This document shows, in pieces, positions 12,886 through 22,560 of a stretch of DNA of 64,000 nucleotides. Origin of the DNA: Prorocentrum cordatum. Lineage: Eukaryota. The stretch is taken from assembly GCA_963575745.1 (NCBI GenBank), contig CAUYUJ010000159.1:372001-436000 (forward strand). The letters run 5' to 3'. Below the pieces are notes generated by a model. The model did no database searches. It saw only the letters and a list, made by a program, of their open reading frames with translations, and was not told the origin of the DNA. Both the position numbers and the translations under genes were made by a program. Position 1 is the first letter of the stretch. Every line of letters begins with the position of its first letter.

Positions 12886-13670
12886 TCATGCGGCCCTGGG
12901 GGGGGTGGCCCCTGCGTCGGACTGCGACGCGGGCCCGTCGAACCGCAAGTCGAGCTCGGCGTCGGGCTGCGAGTCCTCGGCGTCGGGCTGCGCGTCGAGC
13001 TCGGCGTCGACCTCCTGCCCATCGGTCGCCTCGCACTCCGCGGAGTCGAGCGTCAGGGGCTCAAGCGGCAAGAAGCATACCACATCGGCCCGAAGCACGC
13101 TCCACCGCGCTGCTGCCCGAGGCGTCCCCGTGCCGCGCGACTCCCCTGCAAGCATCGCCTTGCACGACGAGAAGGCTACTGCGCCGCAGGTGCACCGCGT
13201 GCCGAGCACCGTGGCCTCGACGGCAAGGCGAACAGCTGGCTTCTTCCGTGACTCCAGGCGCGGCCCATGTCGCGCCCGTCGGAAGTTCGCGGCGTCGGCG
13301 ACCGACACGTCCAGACAGGTGGCGCCCGCATGCAGGCCAACGTTGCGCCGTAGTGCTGCGAGCCCATCGGGCACTCCACCCTGCAGCTTTGCCAACAATG
13401 CTGGTAGCAATACGCGGACCCGCTGCGCCGCCTCGCTGCTTCCGACCATGGCGTCGAGCGCCCGCTCGGCGAAGGCAAGGCGAACCTCTATTTGCGTCTG
13501 CCGTTCCCTGAGGCGCTGCACCAGCAGATCTGCGGACGCCCGAGCGCCAGCAACGCCGCGCCTCGGGCATGCCTTCGCCGCACCATCCCCCGTCTGGGCA
13601 GCAGCGTCCCGCGCCACCCTCAAGAGCCACCGCGGCACCTCCCCCTCGCTCCAGCCTGGGCGCACATGAG
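12886..13670 (-). pseudogene. Coding-like stretch of unknown function downstream of an SL relic (possible retrocopy or retroelement ORF1)
   Basis: Protein-like reading RLRERQTQIEVRLAFAERALDAM...LAALRRNVGLHAG plus DAELDAQP repeats. The first ATG after the SL relic is out of frame with it. Confidence 0.3.
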
Positions 13671-13712
13671 CTAGCCAGCTTGAGCAACAGGGTTGCGTCC
13701 GCTGGTGGACGG

Positions 13713-13734
13713 CTTGGGCCAAGATGGTTACGGC
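13713..13734 (-). other. Spliced-leader relic
   Basis: Minus strand reads GCCGTAACCATCTTGGCCCAAG: 19/22 to DinoSL, ungapped, all three differences transitions. Confidence 0.8.
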
Positions 13735-16700
13735 CTGAAGGAGGAGGAGGAGGAGGAGGAGGGAAGAGGAGGATGGAAGAGGAGGAAGAGGAGGAGGAGG
13801 AAGGGGAGGACGGGGAGGGCAAGGGAAGACGGAAGGCAGCAGGGCGGGATGGAAAGAGGGAGGGCGCACCAGTTCGAACCAGGCCTGATCCACGCCACGC
13901 AGCGGGTAGTTCAGGGCTGCACGGGCCTGCCTCGCATGGCGGGAGGCGCCGCGGAAAGCGCAGGTGCGGGTTATGTGTTGCCTTTCCCCCCGGGCGCGGC
14001 CAGAAACATCCCGAGTGCTCGAAGGCCCGCCTGCACGCCCGAACTCCAAAAAAAAGGCGCCGGAAGAGAGGAGCAGGAGGGTGGATGGGGGGAAAGGGAA
14101 GAACGTGGGACGAGGGGGGGAAGGAGGACGGAACGAGCGGAAAGGAGGTGGGATGAGGAGGAGGAAAGGGAGGAAGGGAGAAGGGAAAGGAAGGGATGGG
14201 GGGGGGTGAGGGGGGAACGCACCAGTTCGGACAGGGAGTCTGCTCGCGGGTGCAGGCGCCCGCCGGGCCTGCCCGGCGGGCGCCTGCACCTTGGAAGCAG
14301 TGGTTGGGAAACTGCCCTCTACCAGGGGCACCGACTGGAAGCCAAACAAGTGTGGTGACGAAGACAGAATGCCCCCCTTCCGCACGCCCGCGGACACGGA
14401 GACGCCGGCTGTACACACGCTGTGGCCTGCGTGGTACTGCGCACGGGCAGTGACGGCGCCGCCGTGGGGCAGTCCCCGCGGCAGCTCAATGCGAGGGCAA
14501 CGGAACAGGTGCCAGCTGCGCACGGAGCTCACTGGGAGAGGGGGGGCGCTAGCATTGGCGCGCCGCGCTTTGAGCAGCAAGGTATGCTTGGAGGTTTTTG
14601 TTGGAAGGACGCCCCAAGAGAAGCGGCATGACGCAAAGCCTGCTGGAGGTCGTCCCAGGAGCTTGTGCTCGGTGGAACCTGTCAAGCAGCGGGGCTGGCT
14701 GTCCCTGCACGTGCTGGAGGGATTGGGCAAGGTGATTGGCCCGCTGTTGCAGCGCATTGATGCTATGGATGAGGATCGTTTCGCGATCAGCTTCTGGCTG
14801 TCGTCTGCCATCTTAGAGGTTCTGCGTAAGGGACTGCCTTCGATCAGTTTGCAAGGTCCCCGTCCCACCGAAGCCTGTCCTTTCATCGGCTAGTGACCGC
14901 TAGCTGCTCCCCGTACCCTGGTGGGAGGGCAGGGGAGGGGGAGAGCCCAGGGGGAAGGGAGGGAGAGGGGAAGGGAGGGGGGGAGAGGGAGGGACGGGAA
15001 GGGAGGGATGGGGAGGGGGAGGGGGGAGGGGAGGGGAGGCGGGACCGCCCCTCGCGGCCTCACCAGGACGCCGCCCTGGCCGCCGCCGCGGGACGCCGCG
15101 GGGCCCTCGCGCAGCCCGAGGCGGTCGGCCTGCCGGTCCACCCCACGACGGCCACGGCGGCGACCACGACGACGACGACGACGACGACCACGGCCGACGA
15201 CGGTCGACCAAGACAAACACGACGTCGGAGGACGACGACGACGACGACGACGACGAATGCGAGGACGGCAGAGCAACCCCCAGTTCGGGGCGTTGCAGAA
15301 AAATCGCGACGGCTGGCTTTTCGTCGTCGTTCGGCGTCTAGTGGCGCCACTTCCCGGCCCTGCAAGGCCGCCCCCCCCCCCCCCAAGAACAAATGGCAAA
15401 CACGGGGCCACCTACGTAACGGGGGGCGGGTCTTTCATCCCGAGTCGGCGCAGGATGAGAAGACGACCCCCGGGAAGTGGTCGACGTGGCAGGCAGGGGG
15501 GAGTGGACGGGGGGATGCAAGGAGGGCGAAGGAGGAGGCGGAGGAGGAGGAGGAGGAGGAGGTAAAGGAGGGCGAAGGAGGAGGTCCACGGGGAGAGGGG
15601 GGACGACGGCTACGACGTGAGCGAAGAGGAGGGCCGGGGACGGACGAGAGGAGGGCCAAGGGGGGGCAGCGTGGATCATCCTTCCTCTTTCCCTCATTCC
15701 CCGTCCTCCCTCCGCCGTCCTCCCTCCGCCATCCTCCTCCTCCTCCTCCTCGTCCTCCTCCTCCTCATCGTCCTCAATCCTTTCCCCTCACCCGCGCGCT
15801 CTCGCGCGCTCCTTCGTAGCGCGCTCGAGGGGAAAGAGGAGGTGGAGGAGGAGTGGGAGGGGAGTAGCAGGATGAACAGGACGAACTGGAGACGAAGGGA
15901 TGGGGGAAAGGAGAGGCAGGAGGGAGCGGAAGAGAAGAGGGAGGACTGACTGGCAGAATCAGCTGTGCGAAACGGATGAAGACAATTACCCGAGCCCGAT
16001 GCTGTCCATAACTGGCTGCAATGGTGCTGCACCCCTTCGGCGGAGGAATAAGATTTCGAGGAAGAGGACGGTGGAGGAGGGAAGGGGCAGAGGAAGGAGG
16101 GAAAAGGCTCCCACGCATTCACTCGGGGGGGGGGTATGGATGGGGCGGGAAAGTGTTGACACGCTCTATGTGGTGTGTGAAGATTCTGCAGGTTTGCATG
16201 TGGAAACGGCGAGAAGAGAGAAAAAACAAGATGAACTAACCAATGAAACATATCATCAATAACCCGACGACGCGGCACAAATAAGAATGTGTGTGCCAGA
16301 GACACTCGAAATATGAATGAACAACAGCTGGCTCCGGAGCGTGCGGACGCGGATGGGTTCCTGGATAGCCCCGCGGGGGGACTGGCCATTGGGGGCACCG
16401 AATCGGATTGCCAAGGCACTCACTCCGTGCCACTGAATCGGCCAGTAGGTGGGCGGTGCACGAGCTCGCCCCTGCTCTACCTAGATTGCAGCTCGGACTC
16501 GGTCATCAAGGAAGCACCTGCTCACGCGGAGCGCGGGGGGCCCGTCAGCCGTGAGCAGAACGTCTGCTGGCGGACCCAGACAAAACGCCGAGCCGACATC
16601 TCGAACACGACCGAGAGGGACGCAGGGACACACAAACGACCGAACCGACCGATCGAATGCACCGATTGCGGCGCAACCGAACGAAAAGGAGTCGCAGACA

Positions 16701-17266
16701 CCCGTGAAGGAGAGATCCGAGGGCGACGTGCAAAATACATTCTACAGTGGAGGCTAGTCCACAAGAAACCTTCCACAAGAAACCCAACTCTGAGACCCCA
16801 GGACGTCCACTGATTTTTGGTGTGGGATCGTCAAGCTTTCCACAACAAAACCCTCGAAACCCAGAGCACCCTGGAGGCAAGCGCATGGTGTTTCTTGGCA
16901 TAGGCCCCCACTGTAAAAACACACGACTGCATAGACAATCCATTTTAGAAAGGCCGCGCGGATTTCTTGGATCTGTGCTTGGCTCACCCCCTCCTGCGCC
17001 AGGGTGGTCGATCAAACTATCCGCGCGGACTTCCGAGAAGGGTATGCTTGATGCAATTTGCCCTTCTTCGAACGACTTCGGCGCCTCAAAGCGGTGTCAC
17101 AGACCGTGCGGCGACCTCGAACGCCCAAAAGACCTCAACGCGCGGTCTGTCACCGCACGCCCTCGGGAACCAGAAGGCCCTGGTCGACCGAGAAACACCT
17201 CCGGAGAACGACCCGAGCCCCAAAACCGTGCGGCAGCCTCGAATCTCCACTGACTCCCCACTAGAC

Positions 17267-17456
17267 GGAGAAAAACTACATAAACGTAAACTTTTGGCGC
17301 TCCGCGCGGATTTCTTGGATCCGAGCTGGACCCCCCTCCCCGGAGCGCGGAGCGCGCCAGGGGCGGCGCCGGAGGCGCCGCCAGGGGGGGCTCAGGGTCC
17401 GATCCGAGACATCCGCGCGGAGCGCCAAAAGTTCATGTTTATGTCGTTGTTTCTCC
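17267..17456. mobile_element. Palindromic MITE-like element (~190 bp)
   Basis: Left arm GGAGAAAAACTACATAAACGTAAACTTTTGGCGCTCCGCGCGGATTTCTTGGATC is a near reverse complement of the right arm (17401-17456). Confidence 0.7.
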
Positions 17457-17974
17457 TCCGAACCACACGCTGCGGTCACCGCATCGTTTTGGGGCCCCCG
17501 AGTCAAGCGAGGCGGGAATTCGTCGGGTGCGGCGGCCAGACCAGGCCCACTCGACAGAAGCACTGGCCAGCGAGGGCAAGGGCCCTGGCTTTGGCAGCAA
17601 GGTGAAACATCCTGCGTGACATGAGGAGCGCGAGGAGAACCGCGAACAGCAAGGCACTGGTCACCGCACCGCTTGGGTAGAGGAAGATAGATAAATAAAA
17701 CAATCAACTTTCGGAGGACCGCCCAGATTTCTTGCACCGTCGCTGGGTCCCCCTTCCTGGCGCCGCGCGAAGCTTCGACAGTTTACGTTCATGCAATTGT
17801 TTATCCTTCGGTTGTGGGCCCCCGAGTGAGGCAGTTATGCAGCACCAACAAGGCGTGGGCCCCAAATCGATGTGGGTCCACCATCTGGCAAGGCCGACAA
17901 GCGTGCACGGGCTGGGTCGTGAAGGGGAAAAGGGGAGCAGGAGGAGGAGGAGGAGGAGGAGGAGGAGGAGGAGG

Positions 17975-18074
17975 NNNNNNNNNNNNNNNNNNNNNNNNNN
18001 NNNNNNNNNNNNNNNNNNNNNNNNNNNNNNNNNNNNNNNNNNNNNNNNNNNNNNNNNNNNNNNNNNNNNNNNNN
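17975..18074. other. Assembly gap (100 N) between (GGA)n and (CCT)n tracts
   Basis: Run of N. Confidence 0.99.
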
Positions 18075-18105
18075 TCCCTCCCTCCTCCTCCTCCTCCTCC
18101 CTCCT

Positions 18106-19428
18106 TCAGGCAGGCGACGCGAAGGCGACGTTCAGGCATGGATTGAGCAGGAGCATGTTGCGACAGCCTACCACATTATCATGCTTTCAGTGGATATAGC
18201 CATTGACACAGACATGGGGGACCTCATGCGCACGGATACTATCACACAGTGGGGTAAACATATCTTGGCTAGGCGGGTGTGGAACACAGGGGGGGGGGCC
18301 CCCTGTGAAACCTGGAGCGCGGCCAGATGGCTGGACGGGGGTCCCCCCCCACTACGTACACATGAGTGGTACTGGGGCGTCCCATGGATTTCTGAACGAC
18401 AGGCCCTCCAACTACACGCGGCCAATACGCTACTGCAGAACCTGGTGTTCCTCTTGGGCTGCCACATGGTGGCGGGGACTTCTGGGTGGATTGAACATCC
18501 TCTCCCGGCCCACTGGAGGCCAGAAGCCCCCAGCAGCTTCCACTGGGAGCCCCTAGAGGCCCTAGCCTCAGCCCCCATCACGATCACAGCCGACTTTGAC
18601 CAATGCACGTTGCAGCCGACAGATCGAGACCCTGCGGAGTTTGGAAGAGCTCCCACGCGTCTCCTCGGACTGAGAATGCCATGTTTGCGAAGACGCCTGT
18701 GCGAAGGACCAGGCAATGGCTGGTGTCGCCACGGGAAAGGAGTGCACAAAATACTGCAGGGGAAGGAGCTTGTTGGAGGACGCACAGTCTTTAAGACGCA
18801 TGCTAGGAAGACATATCCCGAGGAGATGTGTGCGCGCCTTGCAGCAGCCATTGCAGCCTCCATGCACAACATTTTCACAGATGCTGACAATGACGATCAG
18901 CACATGGATGAAAGCGCGCTGTGCGCTGACTTACGCAAGTTTTACCTGCCAGAGATAGGTGCGGACTTTGAGACAGCACCAGATTTCGCAGGAAGAACGA
19001 CCAAGATGCAGAGAGCTGATCCAGAGATGCACAGGTTCCAGGACGACCCCAGTGAGACTCCCAAGGGCCCCATATGTGCTCCGACTCCAGCTCCCACCCC
19101 TGCTCCGACTCCAGCTCCTGACCGCCCCAGCAGGAATATTCCCATGCATGAGCCTGGATCGGATGAGGAGTTAGAGAGTTGGTTGAGGCCTTTTCCCTCT
19201 CTCCCCTCCTCTCCCCCGCCGCCGCTGCCGCTTCCCCCTCCCCGCCCCTCTCTCACCCCGGCGCAGCTCGAGCGCATCGCCACCCATAGGGAGGAGGCGC
19301 TGCGCCGTCGTGAGCTACGACGCCAAGCTGCTCGAGAGGAGGACGCGAGGCGGAGGGCCCCGTGGAGGGGCAAGGTCTCCTTCGCCCAGGCCTTCCAGCC
19401 CTCCCCTCCCACCTTTTTCTTCTCCTAA
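18106..19428 (+). CDS. 5'-truncated retrotransposon-type C5 cytosine methyltransferase-like ORF with a Pro-rich linker and C-terminal helix
   Basis: Open frame from 18106: SGRRREGD (motif I-like), LSVDIAID...GDL (II/III-like), GGGAPCETWSAAR (catalytic PC, motif IV), WIEHP (VI-like), DQC, KTYPEEMC. DNMT domains are known in Symbiodiniaceae retrotransposons. Confidence 0.6.
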   Translation, partial: SGRRREGDVQAWIEQEHVATAYHIIMLSVDIAIDTDMGDLMRTDTITQWGKHILARRVWNTGGGAPCETWSAARWLDGGPPPLRTHEWYWGVPWISERQALQLHAANTLLQNLVFLLGCHMVAGTSGWIEHPLPAHWRPEAPSSFHWEPLEALASAPITITADFDQCTLQPTDRDPAEFGRAPTRLLGLRMPCLRRRLCEGPGNGWCRHGKGVHKILQGKELVGGRTVFKTHARKTYPEEMCARLAAAIAASMHNIFTDADNDDQHMDESALCADLRKFYLPEIGADFETAPDFAGRTTKMQRADPEMHRFQDDPSETPKGPICAPTPAPTPAPTPAPDRPSRNIPMHEPGSDEELESWLRPFPSLPSSPPPPLPLPPPRPSLTPAQLERIATHREEALRRRELRRQAAREEDARRRAPWRGKVSFAQAFQPSPPTFFFS

Positions 19429-19499
19429 AACTCCTGGGTAATGCCCCCGGGGTCGAGAAGCCTCTAGAGTGACCACGGCACCTCGCTCATGGCATCGTC

Positions 19500-19776
19500 C
19501 CACCACCACCCTCCCTCCCCTCCCCTCCCCTCCCCCCTCCCCTCCCCTCCCCTCCCTCCCCTCCCTCCTCCCTCCTCCTCCTCCTCCTCCTCCTCCACCA
19601 CCACCACAACTCTTGTTGTTCCTCCTGTTCTCCTCCTCCTCTTCCTGCTCCTCCTCCTCCTCCTCCTCCTCCTCCTCCTCCTCCTGTTCCTGCTCCTGTG
19701 TCCTCCTCCTCCTCCTCCTCCTCCTCCTCCCTCCTCCTCCTCCTCCTCCTCCCCCTCCTCCTCCTCCTCCTCCTCT

Positions 19777-19840
<64 letters not shown>

Positions 19841-19985
19841 CCGCCTCCTCCTCCTCCTCCTCCTCCTCCTCCTCTTTCTCCTCCTCTTTCTCCTCCTCCT
19901 TCTCCTCCTGCTCCTGTTCCTGCTCCTCCTCCTGCTCCTCCTCTTGCTGCTCCTCCTCCGCCTCTCTTCCTCCTCTCCCCCCCAG
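19500..19985. repeat. (CCT)n / (CTG)n microsatellite
   Basis: Directly visible. Confidence 0.95.
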
Positions 19986-20071
19986 AGCTGTTCAGAGCCC
20001 GGCGGAGAAACAGTTCAGGAGAGGCGGAATCCAAACGGAGTAAGCCCAGACGGAGGCCGAGCACTCGGCGT

Positions 20072-20097
20072 GGACTTCGTGTGGATTTCCTTTTTTT
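20072..20097 (-). repeat. Left direct repeat (candidate TSD, 20072-20090) plus oligo(A) remnant (T7 on plus strand, 20091-20097)
   Basis: GGACTTCGTGTGGATTTCC followed by TTTTTTT, 37 nt past the MoxR stop codon. Confidence 0.6.
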
Positions 20098-20134
20098 CTC
20101 GAGACGAGTCGAGCGTGGCGGGCGGCGCCGCACC

Positions 20135-21259
20135 TCACGCGGGCTCCAGCACGCCGCGGACGATGCTGGGCATATTGCGGTGCACCGCCTCTGGTACGCG
20201 GAAGGTCGTGAGGTAAGGCAGCACCCAGAGGTCCTCGGGCTCGCACTCCTCCCGGCCGTTCAGCACGGCCCTGGCCCGCATGACCCTCAGCGCCTTCACC
20301 AGGAAGGTGCGGTCAGTCAGCAGCGAGTTCTTCTGGGTCACGCCGTGCTTCTCGATCAGGACCCGCAGCAGCTCCAGCAGGGACCGTCTCACCCTGGGCG
20401 GCACACGCGTCTGGTCGAACGCCTCGGACGCCGCCCTGAGCTCGGCGGCGGCGCTGCCCGCGGACACGCCGGCGCCGGCCTGATCGTCGCCGTCGCCAAT
20501 CCCCTCGGAGAACAGCTCTATGATCCTCGCAACCTCATCCCAGCGGCCTGCCGCGATGGCGCCCTGGCTCTGCAGCTGAAGCACGAACCTGTCGAGGTTC
20601 GCTGGGTCCAGCGGTTCGGTGTAGTACCGGGAGCCAGGGTCGGACGGATTGGACGTGGCGATGGCCGTGCGGAGCGGTAGGTCCCAGGTCTGGCCGTGGC
20701 TGCTCGGGCCGCAGTACTGGCGCTCGTTGAGCAGCCGCAGGAGCACGTTGAGCGCCTCGCCCGGCGCCCGGGAGATGTCGTCGAGGACGCAGAGTTCCGC
20801 GGTGAGGATGCCGCCCGGGCGGGTCAGGCTCCGCACGATCTCGCCGCCCTCCGGGTGTGGCTCCCTGACGATCACCGCATCACCGATGAGCTCGTGTAGC
20901 TTTGTGTCGCGGTGCATCTGATAGAAGAAGAAGCCGAGGCCTGTGGCCTGCGCGGCGGTCTCTGCGAGCATGGTCTTGGCCACGCCTGGGGGGCCCTCGA
21001 TGTAGACGTGCTCTCGGGCCACGAGAGCCAGGAGCACGGCCTCCTTCCCGGCCTCGTGCCCTACGATGTGCTTGTCCATGGCCTGCCGGACCTGCCACAG
21101 CGGGGGCCGCCTCTCGGCAGAGGCACTCGCCGCAGCTCGCGTGGCCGCGCCACCTGCGGGCGGTGGCCATCCCGGCAGCCCCGCCGGCGCGCGCGCGAAC
21201 GGCCGCCAGCGCGGCGGCGGCGGCGGGAGGCGAGTGGGGGAGCAGCCGTGGCGCCACAT
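20135..21259 (-). CDS. MoxR-family (RavA-like) AAA+ ATPase, intronless, 374 aa, with an Arg/Pro/Ala-rich N-terminal extension
   Basis: IVGHEAGKEAVLLAL, Walker A EGPPGVAKT, Walker B CVLDDI, NVLLRLLNER, sensor I ATSN, arginine finger LDRF, lid LTDRT...RARAVLNGR...EDL. No stops; strong GC3 bias. Confidence 0.9.
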   Translation of the reverse strand: MWRHGCSPTRLPPPPPRWRPFARAPAGLPGWPPPAGGAATRAAASASAERRPPLWQVRQAMDKHIVGHEAGKEAVLLALVAREHVYIEGPPGVAKTMLAETAAQATGLGFFFYQMHRDTKLHELIGDAVIVREPHPEGGEIVRSLTRPGGILTAELCVLDDISRAPGEALNVLLRLLNERQYCGPSSHGQTWDLPLRTAIATSNPSDPGSRYYTEPLDPANLDRFVLQLQSQGAIAAGRWDEVARIIELFSEGIGDGDDQAGAGVSAGSAAAELRAASEAFDQTRVPPRVRRSLLELLRVLIEKHGVTQKNSLLTDRTFLVKALRVMRARAVLNGREECEPEDLWVLPYLTTFRVPEAVHRNMPSIVRGVLEPA

Positions 21260-21307
21260 CGCCGGGGCCGCTTACGCTACTCAGCCGGGGGGGAGGGCAG
21301 AAGGGTG

Positions 21308-21350
21308 CCTGGGCCAAGATAACTATACGGAGGACTCCGTGTGGACCTCC
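21308..21350 (-). other. SL relic (21308-21331) abutting the right direct repeat (candidate TSD, 21332-21350)
   Basis: Minus strand TCCGTATAGTTATCTTGGCCCAGG (DinoSL with a 2-nt insertion and 5 transitions), 48 nt upstream of the ATG. The adjacent GGACTCCGTGTGGACCTCC is 16/19 identical to the left repeat. Confidence 0.6.
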
Positions 21351-22369
21351 TCCGCGTGTAGACCCAGCTTCCCGTCAGGAGATGCGAGGTCCAGACTCAG
21401 TAAGCCCAGACGGAGATTGAGCCCTCCGTGCGGACTTACTCCGCATGGACTTTACGTCCTGCAGGGGAGGCGGAGGGAGGAGAGATCCGGGGGCGCACGG
21501 GAGGAAGCACGGAAGAGGGCGGAAGGAGTGGGGGAGCACGGCGGAGAGCGGGAGGAAGAAGGTTGGCAGGAAAGCGGAGGGCGGGAGGAAGGCAAGAGCA
21601 CGGGGAGACAAACCAGGCACGGATAATCGCCACTCCCCATGACCTCTCCCGGAGTGCGCCCTGATCGGGACTGTGCGGCGAAGCTGGCCGTGGCGACGAG
21701 GGATGGGCGGCGGTGCCGGTATTCTGACCTCCAGGGGCGACGGCGAGCGATGAAGCGCGCCTGGGCGATCGCCGCTCCCCCCGCCGGTCCTGGCGGCGTT
21801 CGTCGTCCCTCGCCTGCCTCTTGAGGTAGCCTTTGATGACACGCTTCAGCGGCGAGGAGGCCGCGGCCTGTCGCGCTGGGGGGCCTTCGGCCAGAGCTCC
21901 ACCTCTCCCGCGGCCTCCGTGCTCCTCCGGCCCCGCCTCGCCGCGCTTCCTCTCCACTCACCCCTCCTCGTCCTCCTCCTCCTGCTCCTCCTGCTCCGCC
22001 TCCTCCTCCTCCTCCTCCTCCTCCTCTTCCTCGTCCTCCTCCTCCTCCTCCTCCTCCTCCTCCTCCTCCTCCTCCTCCTATTCCTCCTCCTCCGCCTCCG
22101 CTTCCTCCCCTCGTCCCGTCTTCTCGTTTCCATCCTCCACATGCTCCTCCCTCTAGTCCCTTTGCCTCCTGCTGCACCTCCCCATCACCATCGCTATCAT
22201 CACCACCGCCATCACAATCTTCACCAAGCGTTATCAAGGCCCTTTCCCTTCAACTGATCCGGGGAGGGCGACAATCGGAACGAGTCCGACGTCCTCATCC
22301 TCGACCTCATCCTTGCCCCGTTCCTCCTGCTTCGTCCTCCATCTTTCGGCGGCGAACGAAGGGGAAGTG

Positions 22370-22560
22370 AAAGGATAAGGCCCTCTCGGAAGGCGGCAGG
22401 GTTTCTCAGAAGCCCTCCGACCTTCTGAGAAGTCGTCTGTGTTTTCGGGGAAGGTTTAGAACACCTCTCATAAAGCCCGAGAACCTCCGAGCCTTCTGAG
22501 AAGACCCGCCCCTGCCCACTTCCCCCCAAGGCTCGCCGCCGAAGCTCAGCCAGAATGCGA
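22370..22560. repeat. Dispersed repeat rich in CTTCT(C/G)AGAAG; related copy at ~51330-51450
   Basis: Shared GCCTTCTGAGAAG and TTCTCAGAAG motifs, and near-identical translations (KPSPKTQTTSQK vs EPSPKTQKTSQK) in opposite orientation. Confidence 0.6.

Noticed and set aside
12254..13669. 471-aa plus-strand ORF and other long GC-rich ORFs (10600-11676, 44343-46226, 54149-55531)
   Set aside because: No recognisable domain; expected by chance at this GC content, or antisense to repeats.
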